DNA of 64,000 nucleotides from the human T2T-CHM13v2.0 reference genome, Homo sapiens (GCF_009914755.1 NC_060926.1); one strand, 5' to 3'. Positions 27,275 to 41,834 are shown, numbered from the stretch's first letter. Translations and numbers: made by a program. Notes: a model not told the origin generated them from the letters alone.

Positions 27275-28017
27275 TTGCTTTCATGCTTTTAGCTAATTTT
27301 AAAACAAGATGAAATCTATTGATACTGAAAATTGATAGCAACAGTGTGACTAGATTATCTTCAAGTTCACTTTTTTTCTCTTTGTTGAGTAGAAGGCCCT
27401 CCTGTTCCAGTCTATAGCTGAAGGGCTGCTAACGCACATAGCTTCCACTCCCATTTCCGGTTCCTAGTATATTTTCAAAACTGAAAGGTGTAATTGACTC
27501 ATTTCCTCATTATCTAACTGTTGTCTGGAGCCATGAACCAATGTAGGACATAAAATATACTTTTTAGCATGTGCTGCTACTAGGATTCTTTTCTCTATCT
27601 AGGAAACCTACTACATTTTACTGTTGCCATACACCATCTTGATAAAATCAGCATGGGCTCAGTCAAGAGCTTGCATGCATGTGTGCGCCTGTCTATGCCT
27701 GCATCCACCCATACACACAGAGAATAGGGGACTTCAGATGGGAATACTTTTCTCCTAAGTTTATAGAGTTATAATGGAAGTTCAAACAAAGAGTTCTGTG
27801 CAGTGCTCCAGTTGTCACAGGTCACGTAATTATAGATGTCTGATAATCCTAGTTTTTAAATCTTTTTTGTATGTCTGCATTTATGATTAAGACTGCATTT
27901 AAGGTAACTTACCAAGCTCAACTTTGAATCAAAATATCCCCTTGCCTTTATAATATATATACTCCTCAAACCTCAAACCAGAGACAAAAAAAAAAGAAAA
28001 AGAAAAAATGAAAGAAA

Positions 28018-28946
28018 AAGATTTACGCTGAAGCTAATGAAGCTTAAGTTTTGAGGCTCTTCACTTACATGGGCCCCCGCCGGGGTCCTTACTGAGGAAA
28101 CTAAAATCTGTTCAGATGGTCATTCCAAAATAAGATATTTTAATTGTAAATTACTAAGACCACTGTGTCTTTCCACCTGGATTTCTCCTACATAACACAC
28201 CTTCCCTGTCATAGTTTTGGAGTGGCTGTGGGCAATTTTGGGATCTGGCTAATGGGAAATTGACTTGGGGAAACATGGCTAGTAAGGCAGTTTACTATGG
28301 GTTTATTGGGACCTGTTTATATGGTTGTTGATACTTCTTTATTCAATTTAATTGTCAGTCACTGTCTTAGTACATAAATGGCTTCCAGGAATACTCCTAC
28401 TACCCCAAGGACTAACTCTTCCCCAACCTTTGACTTGAGGATAGCAATGAAAAACTGATAATAAGTATAGTCAATTAAAAAAAAGTGTCTAAGTTTAGTC
28501 ACTGCCCAAAAAAAAATTGATAGAGGCTTTCATAAATGTGAAAACAATCCTAAAATTTACAGAACATTACCGTAAAGAGTGTGAAGCTAAAATAAGCATT
28601 TTTATACTATAAAATGTTTGACCAATCAAATTAGAGAAAGATCAGTTTGTCTATTTTCTTTATAAAAATATAAAATTATTGTCATATGAATAGCTGATAA
28701 CAGAGTAAGCTGCCAAAAATATAGAAATATACTTTAAAGGTAAAAATAAAATAATCATTTTTGTGTGGAATTTGATGGTGTTTTTCAGATTTTTATAAGT
28801 TTATGCTTCTTTTTCCTCATTTGAAATCAGTAAGCATTTAGGTACCTTATTTCGTATTCATGTATTTGTATTTTTTAAGGAGGTGCTGCCTTCACACACA
28901 CGCACAAAAATGGAGTAAGCAGGTCACACTACCTGGACCACTCCTG
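28018..28946. mobile_element. hAT-Tip100 DNA transposon relic (Zaphod/MER115-like)
   Basis: Left end gatttacgctgaagctaatgaagcttaag...cttacatgggcccc and right end acctggaccactcctg resemble recalled Zaphod/MER115 termini. Confidence 0.55.
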
Positions 28947-30186
28947 CACCAAGCGTTTGTCCCAAACAAATTCAGAAAAAAAATAAAATAATGAAATTAT
29001 TAGCAATATGTTGAGATAAAAATGCACATGAAACATGTACTTCAAAGCTGAGCATTATCAGAAGCCAATGAAACATAAGACAAATAAATATAAGTAGTCT
29101 TATTTGTATATGGGTTTATGTCTCTAAGCTAAAGTAAATCATACTTTTACTTATTGTTCATTATTTCCTTTTCACAGCCAAATCAGAATGTAAATGATGC
29201 AATTGAAATAATGAGCTGTAGGTATCCCACTGCTGGGGAACCAGATGAAATGTTATCCGCAACAAACAAAACAGTATATTGCACACAATAGGGATTTATC
29301 AGATTAGGCTTCCAGGCAAGGTGAAACAAGGTGATTTGCTTAAAGAAAAAAGATAATTTCATCTCCTATTGTACTATTTTAAAACAGCATTGCTTTCTGT
29401 GGTGAATCAGATAATGTTGTACCTATTATAACTTTTATTTTTATCAAGTCATTATAATAAAACAAAAACCTCAAGCATCAAAGATCCTATTTCCATGCAA
29501 ATCTTCCTAGTAATAAAAGATGAGCAAAGAAAAATTAAAAAACTTCTGTAAGGAGCAGCCTCCAAATTAAATAGCATTTAAACAATTCTCATTAACTCTG
29601 AAATCTTTTTTGCGTTTGTTCTTAATTGTTCTAAACAAGGAATTCTCTTAAATATACGTGGGTGCATCTTCTTTCAGCTACTTTCCCTTTTTAGGACTTA
29701 TTTCATCTTTGAAATCAAAGAAGTATGTTAAAATTGCAAACAAAGTTGGTTTTTAATTAGGATGTTGGCAATTAGTTCACTCATTTATATGTCATTTTCT
29801 ATCTTGGCTGGGTTTAATTTGCATATATCTTCAAATTACCTTTCTAAGGTAAATATTGCATTCTTTCCTACTCCCTTATTGATCACTCACAAACTTATGT
29901 TAGTACAGTAAATAATTTTTATTATAATTAAAGAGAAATCTTCATCACATCATAGTCGGATAACTCAATTTTTAGTTGTGAAGATCACAGAATAATCCAT
30001 TACTAAAGATGGGTTTTATGGACTTGGCAGGCAAAAAATAATATCTACTTCTTATCTGGCAGAATAGTAGAGCACTTTAGTGGACACCAGAACCTCTTAT
30101 TCTATGAAAAGTAGGGTATGATAACTTGGTTATTTGAATTAGAAAGAAAGAAATCATAGAAATATTAAAAAGTAAAATTATACTTC

Positions 30187-30560
30187 TGTGATGGTTAATA
30201 TTGAGTGTCAACTTGATTGAATTGAAGTATGCAAAGTTTTGTTCCTGGGTGTGTCTGTGAGGATGCTTCCTGCCCTTGAACATCGGACTCTAAGTTCTTC
30301 AGCTTTTGGAATCCTGGACCTACACCAGTGGTTTGCCAAAGGCTGTCGGGCCTTCAGCCACAGACTGAAGGCTGCACTGTTGGCTTCCCTACCTTTGAGG
30401 TTTTGAGACTCAGACTGGCTTCCTAGCTCTTCAGCTTTCAGGTGGCCTATTATGGGACTTCACTTCATGATCATGTGAGTCAATACTCCTTAATAAACTC
30501 TTCTTCATATATGCATGTATCCTATTAGTCCTGTCCCTCTAGAGAAGCCTGACTAATACA
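30187..30560 (+). mobile_element. MLT2A (HERV-L) solo LTR with an internal deletion
   Basis: Starts tgtgatggttaatattgagtgtcaacttgattg and ends gtccctctagagaagcctgactaataca; exact 5-bp TSD acttc at 30182-30186 and 30561-30565. Confidence 0.95.
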
Positions 30561-31438
30561 ACTTCCAAAAAGAAATATATTTTCCAGATCTGTCACCAAA
30601 GTAGGCTAGCAGAAGCTGGCTCAGCGAGAGCTCTGGTGGGTTCCCTGGGCCCTAGGTACTGGTCTCTGACATAGTTTTCTCCATGGAGAGTGGATCACTC
30701 TACGTTCCTGCACCAGGAATGTCAGAGTGTTCTCAGAATATTATGATGATTCCAGAAGCAAGAATAATTGCAAGATGTTTGGAGGCAATGAGGAAAGAAC
30801 AAAGGATCAAATATGGAGCAGCTCTATGGCCCTGCTCTGACAATTTTAGCAACATATTATTGAAAACGGGAGTGAACAATTTAAACTTCTGAAAAGCTAT
30901 AATGATGCTCCAAAAAGAGGTATTAAAATGAAGCATATAAAGTGACAGTAGATGACTGGGCATCCTCCTCCTAAACACCCATCAAGAGCGCCTTTCAAAC
31001 GTGTGCTGTGTTCTTCCACCAAGGTGTCCGTTTTGGAGTTTGTATTTTGCTGCTGATCACATTTCTGGTGACATTTTGATTCCTTGAACACATTTCAAAA
31101 TGTCGTATAGAAAGCCTGTCCAGGCAACTGTCTTGCTGGCTCTCCCTTTCATAGTGTTCTGCTTGTCAAATTATATGTGACGGTAACTATATATTATTAA
31201 ATGAAAGTTAAATTGAGGCAGAACCATACAACACACACTTCACTGCCTATGTTACCACATGAGATAACACACCAAAATGCCCCTCAATATGGTCATTTTT
31301 ATGTCATAGATTACAAAGCCCTTCTACATGCATTATAGGATTTGACTTTGCAACAATCTGGGAAAGGGGGTAGGAATAATAGTCTAATTACCTCTATTTA
31401 CAATAAAGTAAGAATCTAAGTGTATAAACATTAAATCT

Positions 31439-31745
31439 GGCTGGGCGCAGCAGCTTATGCCTATAATCTCAGCACTTTGGGAGGCCAAGGCAGGAGGATT
31501 GCTTGAGTCCAGGAGTTTGAAATCAACCTGGGCAACATAGGTAGACCCTATCTCTACAGAAAATTATAAAAATTAGCCAGGTATGGATGCGCATGTCTCA
31601 GCTACACGGGAGGCTGAGGTGGGGGGATGGCCTGAGCCTGGGTGGTCAAGTCTGCAGTGAGCAGTGATCATACCACTGTACTCCAGCCTGGTTGACAGAG
31701 TGACACTCTGTTTCAATGAATAAATACATAAAATAAATACAAAAT
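31439..31745 (+). mobile_element. AluJ-type inserted into a MIR remnant
   Basis: ggctgggcgcag...gcaggaggattgcttgagtccaggagttt...tgcagtgagc followed by an A-rich tail; the flanks resemble reverse MIR. Confidence 0.93.
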
Positions 31746-33649
31746 ATTAGGCGGTTATATAACTCAGGAATGCTAGGGAAGAGATTTAAGTTTAGGTATG
31801 TTGATGCCAAGCCTGTGTTGTTTCCATGAAACAAGTACAAAATGCTAGGTGGTTTTCCAGCATTCCAGCAAATACTTTTTTCCCATTTAGTCATGGGATT
31901 AAAAAACATATACTAAATATATTAAAAATATATGTATTCTAAGATTTCTTAATTCAGAAGAAAGGGGCAGTGTGGTTCCCTAAACACTAGCCTGGTACCA
32001 AATTACTAAAAACCTTGAACTAACCTGTTTACTTCTCTCTGTTTGCATCTGCTAGCCTATTGCATGAGTGGAATAGACTAACTACATGAATATAAATATT
32101 TCATTCAGCTCTAAAACAAATTCTATCTCTCAGTGTATTCTATGTGTCAGGCCAGTTGTTCTCAGTGCCATTTATTCTCTGACATCATCTAGATCAATGA
32201 TGTGACCAGATAGAGAAATGGAAGAAAGAAGTATAAAATGAGTTCTCCATAAAATGAGGGCAGCTGTGGAGCTTCAGACATCTCAATAGGCTCTAAAACA
32301 TGACCGTATATTAACAAAGGGTGACTCTTTTTTCTTGATTTTGAGAAGTAATTCTCATCTCCATACTACTAATCCCCACTGCTATATGTGGAAGTGATAT
32401 TTGTCAGCAGAGATTTAAGGAGCTTTATGGCAACGTTGTAGAATTTTGCATTTCATTTTAAGCCATTTTTTAGAATCACATAGGTATAGGACTCTTCTGG
32501 TGCCAGGCTCACAATCTTTCAGCTTGGCTCTGATTTCAGCCGGAGTCAAATAGGCACTTTCATGTGGGCTTCAACTCTCTGCTCAACAATGCTGACATGT
32601 TCTGGGCTCATTTTTTTGTTTTGTTTTGTTTTTTTGCCCCTGGGCTTCTGCAGTCTATAGAAACGAATTTCTGTCAAGCAAACATGGAAACGTTGAATGT
32701 GGGAGCTTTGCAGTGGAAGGCCATGGTAAGGGGATCAATTCTGAAACAATGAAGGATGGATTCAAGGTAGAGAATACTTTTCCCAAACTATTCATGGGAA
32801 GACAATTTTGAGGGGGTCACTGTATATTCCTCAAAATGTCCCAGTAGGGATCACACCTCAGTTTGCCCGTAAACCTTTAAAATATACTTTATATTCAATT
32901 TTTCTCCTTTTACTCTCATATGTCCTACATACCTATTTCCTTGAACTACTTTCAATTAAAGAAACTGAATACATGTCTTTGTTTTAGCTTCTCATTTTGG
33001 GGTAACCCAAGCTAAGCTACTGTGGCCCTGACTTTGTAGGCTAACTGTAAAACTTGCTTTTAGCTCTGTTCATCAGGCTACACTTAGTATAACATTATGA
33101 AAAAGAATTTTCCATCTTATTCCCTCCAAGCAATCTACTATCAATTTGTAATTTTTTTTTTTTTTGGAATTCAGCCTAAGGCCTGTTTTACTCTTATTAT
33201 CCATTCTCCAAAAGACCCAATTCCTTCCTCTAAACTTTTAATTGAAGTCTTATTGGTCACTGCCTATAGGTCTACAGTGCCTCCTGAATTTAGCCTCATT
33301 TATATATGTGGCCAGGGAATACTTCATAGGCAACCACAAACTGCAGGTTAGTCAGCAAATTTTCACAGACAAGCATCCAAGTGTTAGGGTGTAACCCCAC
33401 TCCCAGCCCCAGTTCAGTGCCTTATGCAAGGGTACGAGTATTCACTTCTAGAGCTTGAGTGGGTGTGTCCATCACTGCAAATACGGTGCCAATCTTTTGA
33501 GTAATTGCGCTTTGGGCATGAATTTATTTTATTTACCCTGAATTGTTTATAAGACTGAAAGATTGGCAAGGAACTGCACATTTATAACAGTTGTCAATTT
33601 TGTTAACTTAGAATATTCTCTCAATTCCAGTGGCTTTGTGAGAAGAAAG

Positions 33650-35750
33650 ATAAAAAGAAATAAGACCATTTATTTCCCTATGTGGTATCGAGAGAGGGTG
33701 GTGGCAGCAGGTGGATGATGTTTTCTCTTCTTAGATTGCTTGGGAAAAAATATCTCAGTGGACATGAGGGAATCCATGGCTAAATGAAAAATAATGGTGA
33801 CTTTTAGAAGTCTGGAAGCATCCAGGTTTTAGACATTTGAGAACACTTTATAAGAAGCATAGGAAAAAAATACAATGAGAAGTAAGAAAGCCTTCACAAT
33901 TATGTATGTTATCACAATAGTTGCTTGGGCTTTGGACATCCAAAACTCAGAGAGAAATAGGATTAGATTAAAATGGGCTCTGATGCTAAAATTTAAAATT
34001 TATGAGAAAAAAGAAGCAAAAGAGGAACACATTTAAACTGAACAAAATGAGTATCTTCATATGGTAAAAGAGGAAGGAGACCCGCTTGCAATTAGTTTGA
34101 AAGAAACTGGGGAGCATTAAAGAGAAATGGAAATTGGCTCTAAAGAAATGAAGAGTTGAAAAATAAGGACTTTCCTGGCCTTAAGATTTCAAAAGCTGGC
34201 AAAACAGAGTTCAGGAAAGAACCACATGCCACATGATGCAGGGTTTCTTATTAGCTCTTCAAGGATACAGTCTCCAGTAGTACGTAGCAGATCCCAGCTG
34301 GCTATCTTTTGAGAAGGATTTTCTAACAGGAACAACTTGGAGACTAGGAGACAATCAGCCTCAAGGCAGAATCCCCAGACCGAAGCAATTCCACAGTAGG
34401 AGGCAGACATAGAAGCCTCCAAGGGAGAAACATGACAGCACAGAGCTCAGAAAGCCTGAGGATATTTCTAGGGATGAAAAAACAACAAGGACAGTAAACA
34501 GGGATTGTGGGACATTTAATATCATGACATTTGCGTGGAGAATTGCCTGTAATTTGCATGAAAATCTCCATATGCCTAGAGATGGGATGTTGTCTCTCTA
34601 GCCAAGGCTTGTTACTCATCATGAAGGTACAAGAAATACAGGGGGTCAATTGAAAGTTTATATAGGAAATGGATGTTTTAAATTTTGCCTACAGACATTG
34701 AAAGGAGGAAGTGATCTCCATACAGATTTAGGGGATGAACAATAAAGCCATGTCAATTTCTATATATTATACATACACAAAATAACAAGTGTATTTGACC
34801 TATTTTCTTAGAGAGAAGAGACAGTCTAAGTAGTGTTGTTTTTAATCTTAGGATTTTCAAAGCATAGTGTCAAATTCATCTTTTGGTAGATTTCTCCCAT
34901 TAAGTATTACATTTAGAGGTATTGATTGATCTTTTCTAAAGCAGTATGGATTAGTTTACTGTTCATTGGTCAAGCTAAAAACAAACTAACACTATTTTTC
35001 TTTTCTCATTTTTTCTTTGTCTACCACTTTTGTCCCAAATAATACTAATCTCTTCTCTACTCTGGTAATATTACTGTACTTGTACGTCTTACAGGATTGG
35101 ATCTTGGGAGCATGAATTTGGTTAGGGAAATGACGTTTAAAACCTGGAAGCTTGGAATGTCACCTGTTATTACTCAGGAACTTTAGAAAATTGAAGCAGT
35201 TTTTATAGATATAAAATTAGTTGCTGTATAGTGCAACCCTGGAGAACAATTCACATACCCTCTGTGATCCCAGGGAGATTCCTCTAATTGGGACTAAATC
35301 TAATTAGAATATGAGGGAGATGGGATGCCTTGTCAGTATTTTGTTTCTAAATTTATCTCTAGGGAGAAAGAAGGACAAAATTAATTTTATTTTAGATTTA
35401 ATTTATAAGTGGGAACTCAGTGGGCTTACTGATGGGAGAGGTGACATATTAGAATTTTATAGGGTGCAGATAAATTCAAGGCATTGCATATTTTCAGAGC
35501 TTTATTTTTGAGACTCATGCTCTCAATTGATGCACTTGGATAACCCTGTCTGGAAAACTCTATTTGGCAGCGGAAATTGTTATAATTTGGACAGGAGAGA
35601 TTCAATAAGAGTATATGCTTTTGGGGAAATTTAATAATCTATTTTGATAGATTTGACATGATTTCAGGGCAAAAAAATACATTCATAAAAAGCCTTGAAG
35701 ATCTGAGGGTTCATATCCATTTTCCTAAGCTCTCAGAGCAGTTGAAAGAT
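33650..35750 (+). mobile_element. Probable ancient CR1/L3-clade LINE fossil
   Basis: Frameshifted endonuclease-like motif near 34501-34540 (GIVGH/YHDICVE versus GDFNYPDICW), GSDL near 34707, and an RT-like segment near 35380-35490 (INFILDL...GLTDGRGDIL...FKAL). Confidence 0.45.
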
Positions 35751-37630
35751 TGAACAGTACTTTAAAAATATATTTTGCTAAGTTTTTCCCGTAATGGGAA
35801 GAGCCACACCACTGACTAATATAGCCTGTACTTCCATTACTTTTGTTCCAAAGAAAGTTCAGTGTTTCTCTACCTTGTCCATAACTCACAAAAATAAGCC
35901 TGAATTGATAATGAGGATATGTATTTGGACAAAATGTAGTATTCATTCCCTTTTGTTTATTTTTCTCTATTCTTCTAGGCAGGTAGTGTAGTGAAATATG
36001 TCCATAGTTGTTTCTTATGTGAGAGGTGTGGTCTAGGATGAACAGTTTTGATTGACTTTGCACAATAGAGTTGCTAGATTTAACAGATGAAAATACAAGA
36101 CACAAATGTGGACATGTGTTTCCCTATTCCTCCTGCTAAGGAGAACTAAAATTCTTAGAAAATATTTATTAAACAAACATAAGAAACCTTTGAAAGATGG
36201 GAAGAAAAGGGACCTCAGGACCTAAGAAATGGCACAGGGTAAATTGATTCTCTTTTTCTTCCACATATCTCAGACTTGTGGTCGAAGAAGCTGGCAACCC
36301 AAAAATGCCTATGAATTGGGACAAAAAAGCCACCCCACCAAAAACCTGTTATCTCTAGCAAAAATTCCAGAAAGAGGTATCCCAGTAAGACAAAAACACT
36401 TAGATGATAATGACTCTACTCTAACCAAACACCACAGTAAAAAGTGTGCACCACACTCATCCAAACCAGAAAAGGCTTCGTGGGGAACCTAAATGTCTAC
36501 CCTCGCAAGGGCTGTAAGAAGCCACCTCAATACAGTTGCTGGAATAGTGTCAGAGAAGGCCAAGTAGAGAGCCAGGACTTTCTATCCTGCCAGCTATTAA
36601 GGAAGGTCCTCACCTCTATGGTGTCAATGAAGATCATTTTGGGGATATTAGACTTCCACCCCATACCATAGTAATAAGATACCCTTCTCTCTGTTGATGT
36701 GGTATCAGAGGAGACCTAGTGAAGCGTCAAGAGTACCATTGCCTAGGGGTAAGAAGGCCACATCTGTTATGGTGTTACGTGAGTGTCAATGGAGACCACA
36801 TGGGAGCTGGAACTCTCATCCTCACCCAACTGCAATGCACCCCTGTCCAGGAGTAATGAGAAATTGCTCCATCTTAGGTGTCAAAGGATGCCAAGCAGGG
36901 AAGCTGGACATCTACCTCCACCTTGAAATAGTAAGCTACCCCCTTCCCCTTGCCAGACTACTATAAATGCCAACAAAAACAGAAGGCTTAAGATCCAGTC
37001 TTATAATATAAAAATATTCAGATTTCAATATAAATTATCATTTATCATACCAAGAAATAGCAAAATCTCAAACTGAATGAAGAAAGAACAATGAATAGAT
37101 GTTAAAAGTAGGAGATATTAGACGTTTTTGGTGATTTTAAAGAATCCGTGATAAAAATGCCTCAAGGAGCAATTACAAACATAATTGAAACACATAAAAA
37201 AAAAAGAGTCGTAACAATGAAATAGAAAGTTTCAGCAAAGAAGATGAAAATATAAAGAAGAATCAAATGGAAATTTTAGAACTGAAAACTGAAATTAAAA
37301 GATCAATAGATGAACTTAAAAGTAGAATGAAAGGAAGATAACAAGGTAAAAAAATCAGTAAACTAGAAGACAGAATAACAGAAATTAATCTGAACCATAC
37401 AGATAAAATATTTTAAAAAGGAACAAAAACAGTATCTTAGAGATATGTGGGATTATAACAATATATTGTGTCATTGATGCTCCAGAAGGAGAGATAAAAG
37501 CAGAATTTGGAAAAATAATCTAAGAAATAATGAGTGAAAAATTCCCTAATTTTGCAAGAGACATAAACATAAAAATTCAAAAATCTGAGTAAACCCAAAA
37601 CACAATAAATCTGAAGAAATTCATGTCAAG

Positions 37631-38001
37631 GGCTATGTTCTCAATGTTTGTGTCTCCCCAGAATTCATATTTTGAAATCGAATCACCAATGGGATAGTAT
37701 TCAAAGGTTGGGCTTCTGGAAGGTGATTAGATCATGAGGGCAAAGCCCTCATAAAAGGGATTGGTGCCCTTATGAAAGAGGCATGAGAGCTGTCTTGTTT
37801 CTTCTCCCATGTGAGAACACAGCTAGAAGGCATCATCTATGTAACAGAAAATGGGCCCTCACCAGATAGATACTGAGCATGCCAATGCCCTGATCTTAGA
37901 CTCAAGATTCTGCCTCAAGAATTGTGAAAAAATCATTTTTGTTGTTTATAAGCTAGTCAGCTTGAGGTAATTTGTTATAGCAACTTGAGTGTACTAAGAT
38001 A
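37631..38001 (+). mobile_element. MaLR solo LTR (MSTD/MLT1A-like) nested in L1 ORF1
   Basis: aatgtttgtgtctccccagaattcata...gattagatcatgagggcaaagccctcat...ttgttatagc...actaagata; imperfect 5-bp TSD tcaag/ccaag. Confidence 0.88.
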
Positions 38002-38848
38002 CCAAGACAAATTATACTGAAATCTCTAAAAGGCAAATAATAAGTTTTGAAAGCATAGAGAAATAAATGACATATTACCTATATGGCAAAAGCAAGTTAA
38101 GTTACAGAGGATTTATCATCAGAACTGTGGAGGCCAGAAGGAAATCACAACATATTTTATATGTTGAAGGAAAAGAACTATCAACCTGGAATCCTATGCA
38201 CAGCAAAAATATCATTCAGGAATGAAGGATAATGAAAAACTCTCTTAATAATGAAAATCTAAAAGAATTTATAACCAGCAGACCTATACTGAAAGAATAG
38301 CTAAGAGAATTTCTCTAAACAGAACAGATATATAAAAGAAAACATACTGAAATGTTAGGAAGATATAAAATAATATGCAAAAATATGAATGAATATAATA
38401 GACATTCTTCTATGTGTTTTCTAAATTATGTTTGATGCTTGAGGAAAAAGTGTAGGACATGGTCTGATGTGGTTCTAAGTAATTGTAGAGGGAAAATTTA
38501 AGACAATTATATTTGAACAAGAAAGGTAAAAAAATGTAAAGGGAAGCAAGTCTTCTATACTTCAATTAAATTGGTAAATAGCAACACCAGCAGACTGTGA
38601 TAAGTTATTTGCATATAATGTTATAGCTATAGCAAACACTATAAATAGATGTTAAAAGAGATACACTCAAAAACACTATAAATAAATCAAAATGAAATTT
38701 AAAAAATTCTAATGATGTGTGAGAAGACAGAGAAAAATAAAAATACCGGGAACAAATAGAAAGGAAAATATGAAAGTAATACTTAAGCCCTAATATATGT
38801 ATAATTACAGTAATATAAATGGTCTAAGTATGTAAATTAAAAAATATT

Positions 38849-39136
<288 letters not shown>

Positions 39137-40471
39137 TTAAAAAAAAAATATTGACAGAGTGCATTAAAAAACTTGACACAGTGATATGCTCTCTACAAGA
39201 AAGTTATTTTAAATATAATTATAGAGTCAGGTTGAAAGTAAAAATACTAAACAGCAAATATAAACAGTAATTAATAATCAATAACACACATCAATCTATA
39301 GTACATAGAAATGGCTATGTTGATATCAACAAGGTAGATGTCAGAACAAAGAAAATTTACCAGAGACAGAGATTAACATTATTTAATGATAACAGGGTCA
39401 GTCTACCAAGAACACATAGCCATCGTATATGGATCTCCACAAAACAAGAAGCTACAAAACTTGTGAGGCAAAAACTGATTGAACCAAAAGAAGAAACAGA
39501 CAAATACATAATTATAGTTGTAGACTTCAATACTCCTCTCTCAACAATTGATAAAATGACTAGATAGAAAATTGGCAAGAGTATACAATAAGTCAATAAT
39601 ACCATCAACCAAGAGAGTTTTATCGACATTCATAAAATGCTCTACCCAAAAACAGAGAATACTCATTATTTTCAAGAGTCCTTAGAACATATACTAAGAG
39701 AGACTACATCCTGGAACTTAAAAAGAAATGTTAACAAATTGAAAAGAATTGAATTTAATAACAGAAAAAAACAGGGAAATTACAAATACTTGGAAACTAA
39801 ACAAGGCACACTTCTAAATGATCCATGAGTCAAAATTGAAATGTCAAGAGAAATAAAAAATATATGCATTAAACTGGATAAAAATAAAAACACAACATAT
39901 CTTAATTTTTAGGATACAGTTAAAGCAGTGCTAAAAGGGTAATTTATAGCACTAAAGGTATGTGTTACAAAAGAAGAAAATCTCAAGTAATCTGAGTTCC
40001 TACATGAAGAATATAAAAAAGAGAAAAATATACCCAAAGCAAGCAGAAGAAAGAAAATAAAGGTCAGAAACCAATGAATTTGACAACAATGATAAAGTTA
40101 TAGAGAAAAATCCCATAAACAAAGAGTTTGCCCTTTGAAAAGAACAATAAAATACACAAAACTCTAGTAAGACTGCAGAAAAATAAGAGAGGTCATAAAT
40201 TACTGGCATCAGGAATAAAACGGGATAATCACTACAGACCCTGAAGTTATCAAAAAAGCTTATAAGGGAATAGTATAAACAACTGTAGGCACAGAAATTT
40301 GACAATGTAGGTGGAATGGACAATTCCTTGAAAACCATAAACTACCACAACTCATCTAATATAAAATACATAATTTGAAGATAATATGTAATTTTAAAAA
40401 TTCCCAAGACAGAAATTATGAGGCTCAGATGTATTCACTGGACAATTCTGTAAAACATCTACAGAAAAAAA

Positions 40472-41785
40472 TAACCCATCTGATATTTGACAAAGCCAAC
40501 AAAAACAAGCAATGGTGAAAGAGTTCCCTATTCAATAAGTTGTGCTGGGATAGTTGGTTAGCCATATGTGGAAGAATGAAACTGGACCCCTACCTTTCAC
40601 AAAGTAATAAAAATTAACTCAAAGTGGAGGAAAGATTTAAATATAAGACCTCAAACTATACAAATACTAGAAGAAAACATAGGAAATACCCTTCTCAACA
40701 CTGGCATTGGCCAAGAAGTTTTGGTTAAGTCCCCAAAAACAATGACAACAAAAGTAAAAATAGACAAGTGGGACCTAATTAAAATAAAGAGCTTCTGCAC
40801 GGCAAAAGAAACTATCAGCAGAATAAACATGGAACCTACATAATGGAAGAAAATATTTGCAAACTACGCATTGAATGAAAGTCTAATATCGAGAATCCAT
40901 AAGGAAGTTAAATAAATCAACAAGCAACAAACAAGAAACTGAAAAATGGGCAAAGGACATGAACATGCACTTCTCAAAAGAAGACATACAGTTTGTCAAC
41001 AAACGTGAAAAAATACTCATCATCACTAAACATCAAAGAAGTGCACAAACAAAGCCACAATAAGATACCATCTCATACTAGTCAGAATGGCTATTACTAA
41101 AAATTCAAAAAAATAAAAGATGCTGACAAGCCTGTAGAGAAAAGAGAATACTTATATACTGTTGATAGGAAGGTAAATTAGTTCAGCAACTGTGGAAAGA
41201 AGTTTGGAGATTTCTCAAACAGCTTAAAAGAGAGCTAGGATTCATCCCACCAATCTCATTACTGAGTATATCCCCAAAGAAAACAAATTGTTCTACCAAG
41301 AAGACACATGCACTCATATGTTCATAACAACAGTATCCACAGTGGCAAAGACATGGAATCAACCTAGCTCCTCATCAAAGGTGGACTGCATAAAGAAAAT
41401 ATGCTACAAATACCCTATGGAATACCATGCTGGCATAAAAATGAATACAATTATGTCTTATGCAGCAACATGTATACAGCTGAAGATCATAACTCTAAAT
41501 TAATACAGGAACAGAAAACCAAATACCACATATTCTCACTTATAAGTGGGAGCTAAACATTGCGTACACATGAACATAAAGATGGGAACAATAGACACTG
41601 TGGCTTACTAGAAAAGGGAGAGAAAGGGGAGATGTGGGTTGAAAAACTACCTATTTGGTACTATGTTCACTACCTGGGTGACAGGATCCATACCCTAAAC
41701 CTCAGCATCACACAATATGCCCATGTAACAAACCTGCATGTAAGCCCTCTGTATCTAAAATAAAAGTTGAAATTATTTTTAAAAG
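40472..41785 (+). mobile_element. 5'-truncated L1PB/L1PA16-like element inserted into the older L1
   Basis: Less diverged ORF2 3' part (ctgatatttgacaaagccaacaaaaacaagcaatgg), then ttctcacttataagtgggagctaa and the 3' end aataaaagttgaaattatt. Confidence 0.9.
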
Positions 41786-41801
41786 ACTCAATAAATAATT
41801 T

Positions 41802-41834
41802 CATACACACACGCACACACACGCGCGCACGCGT

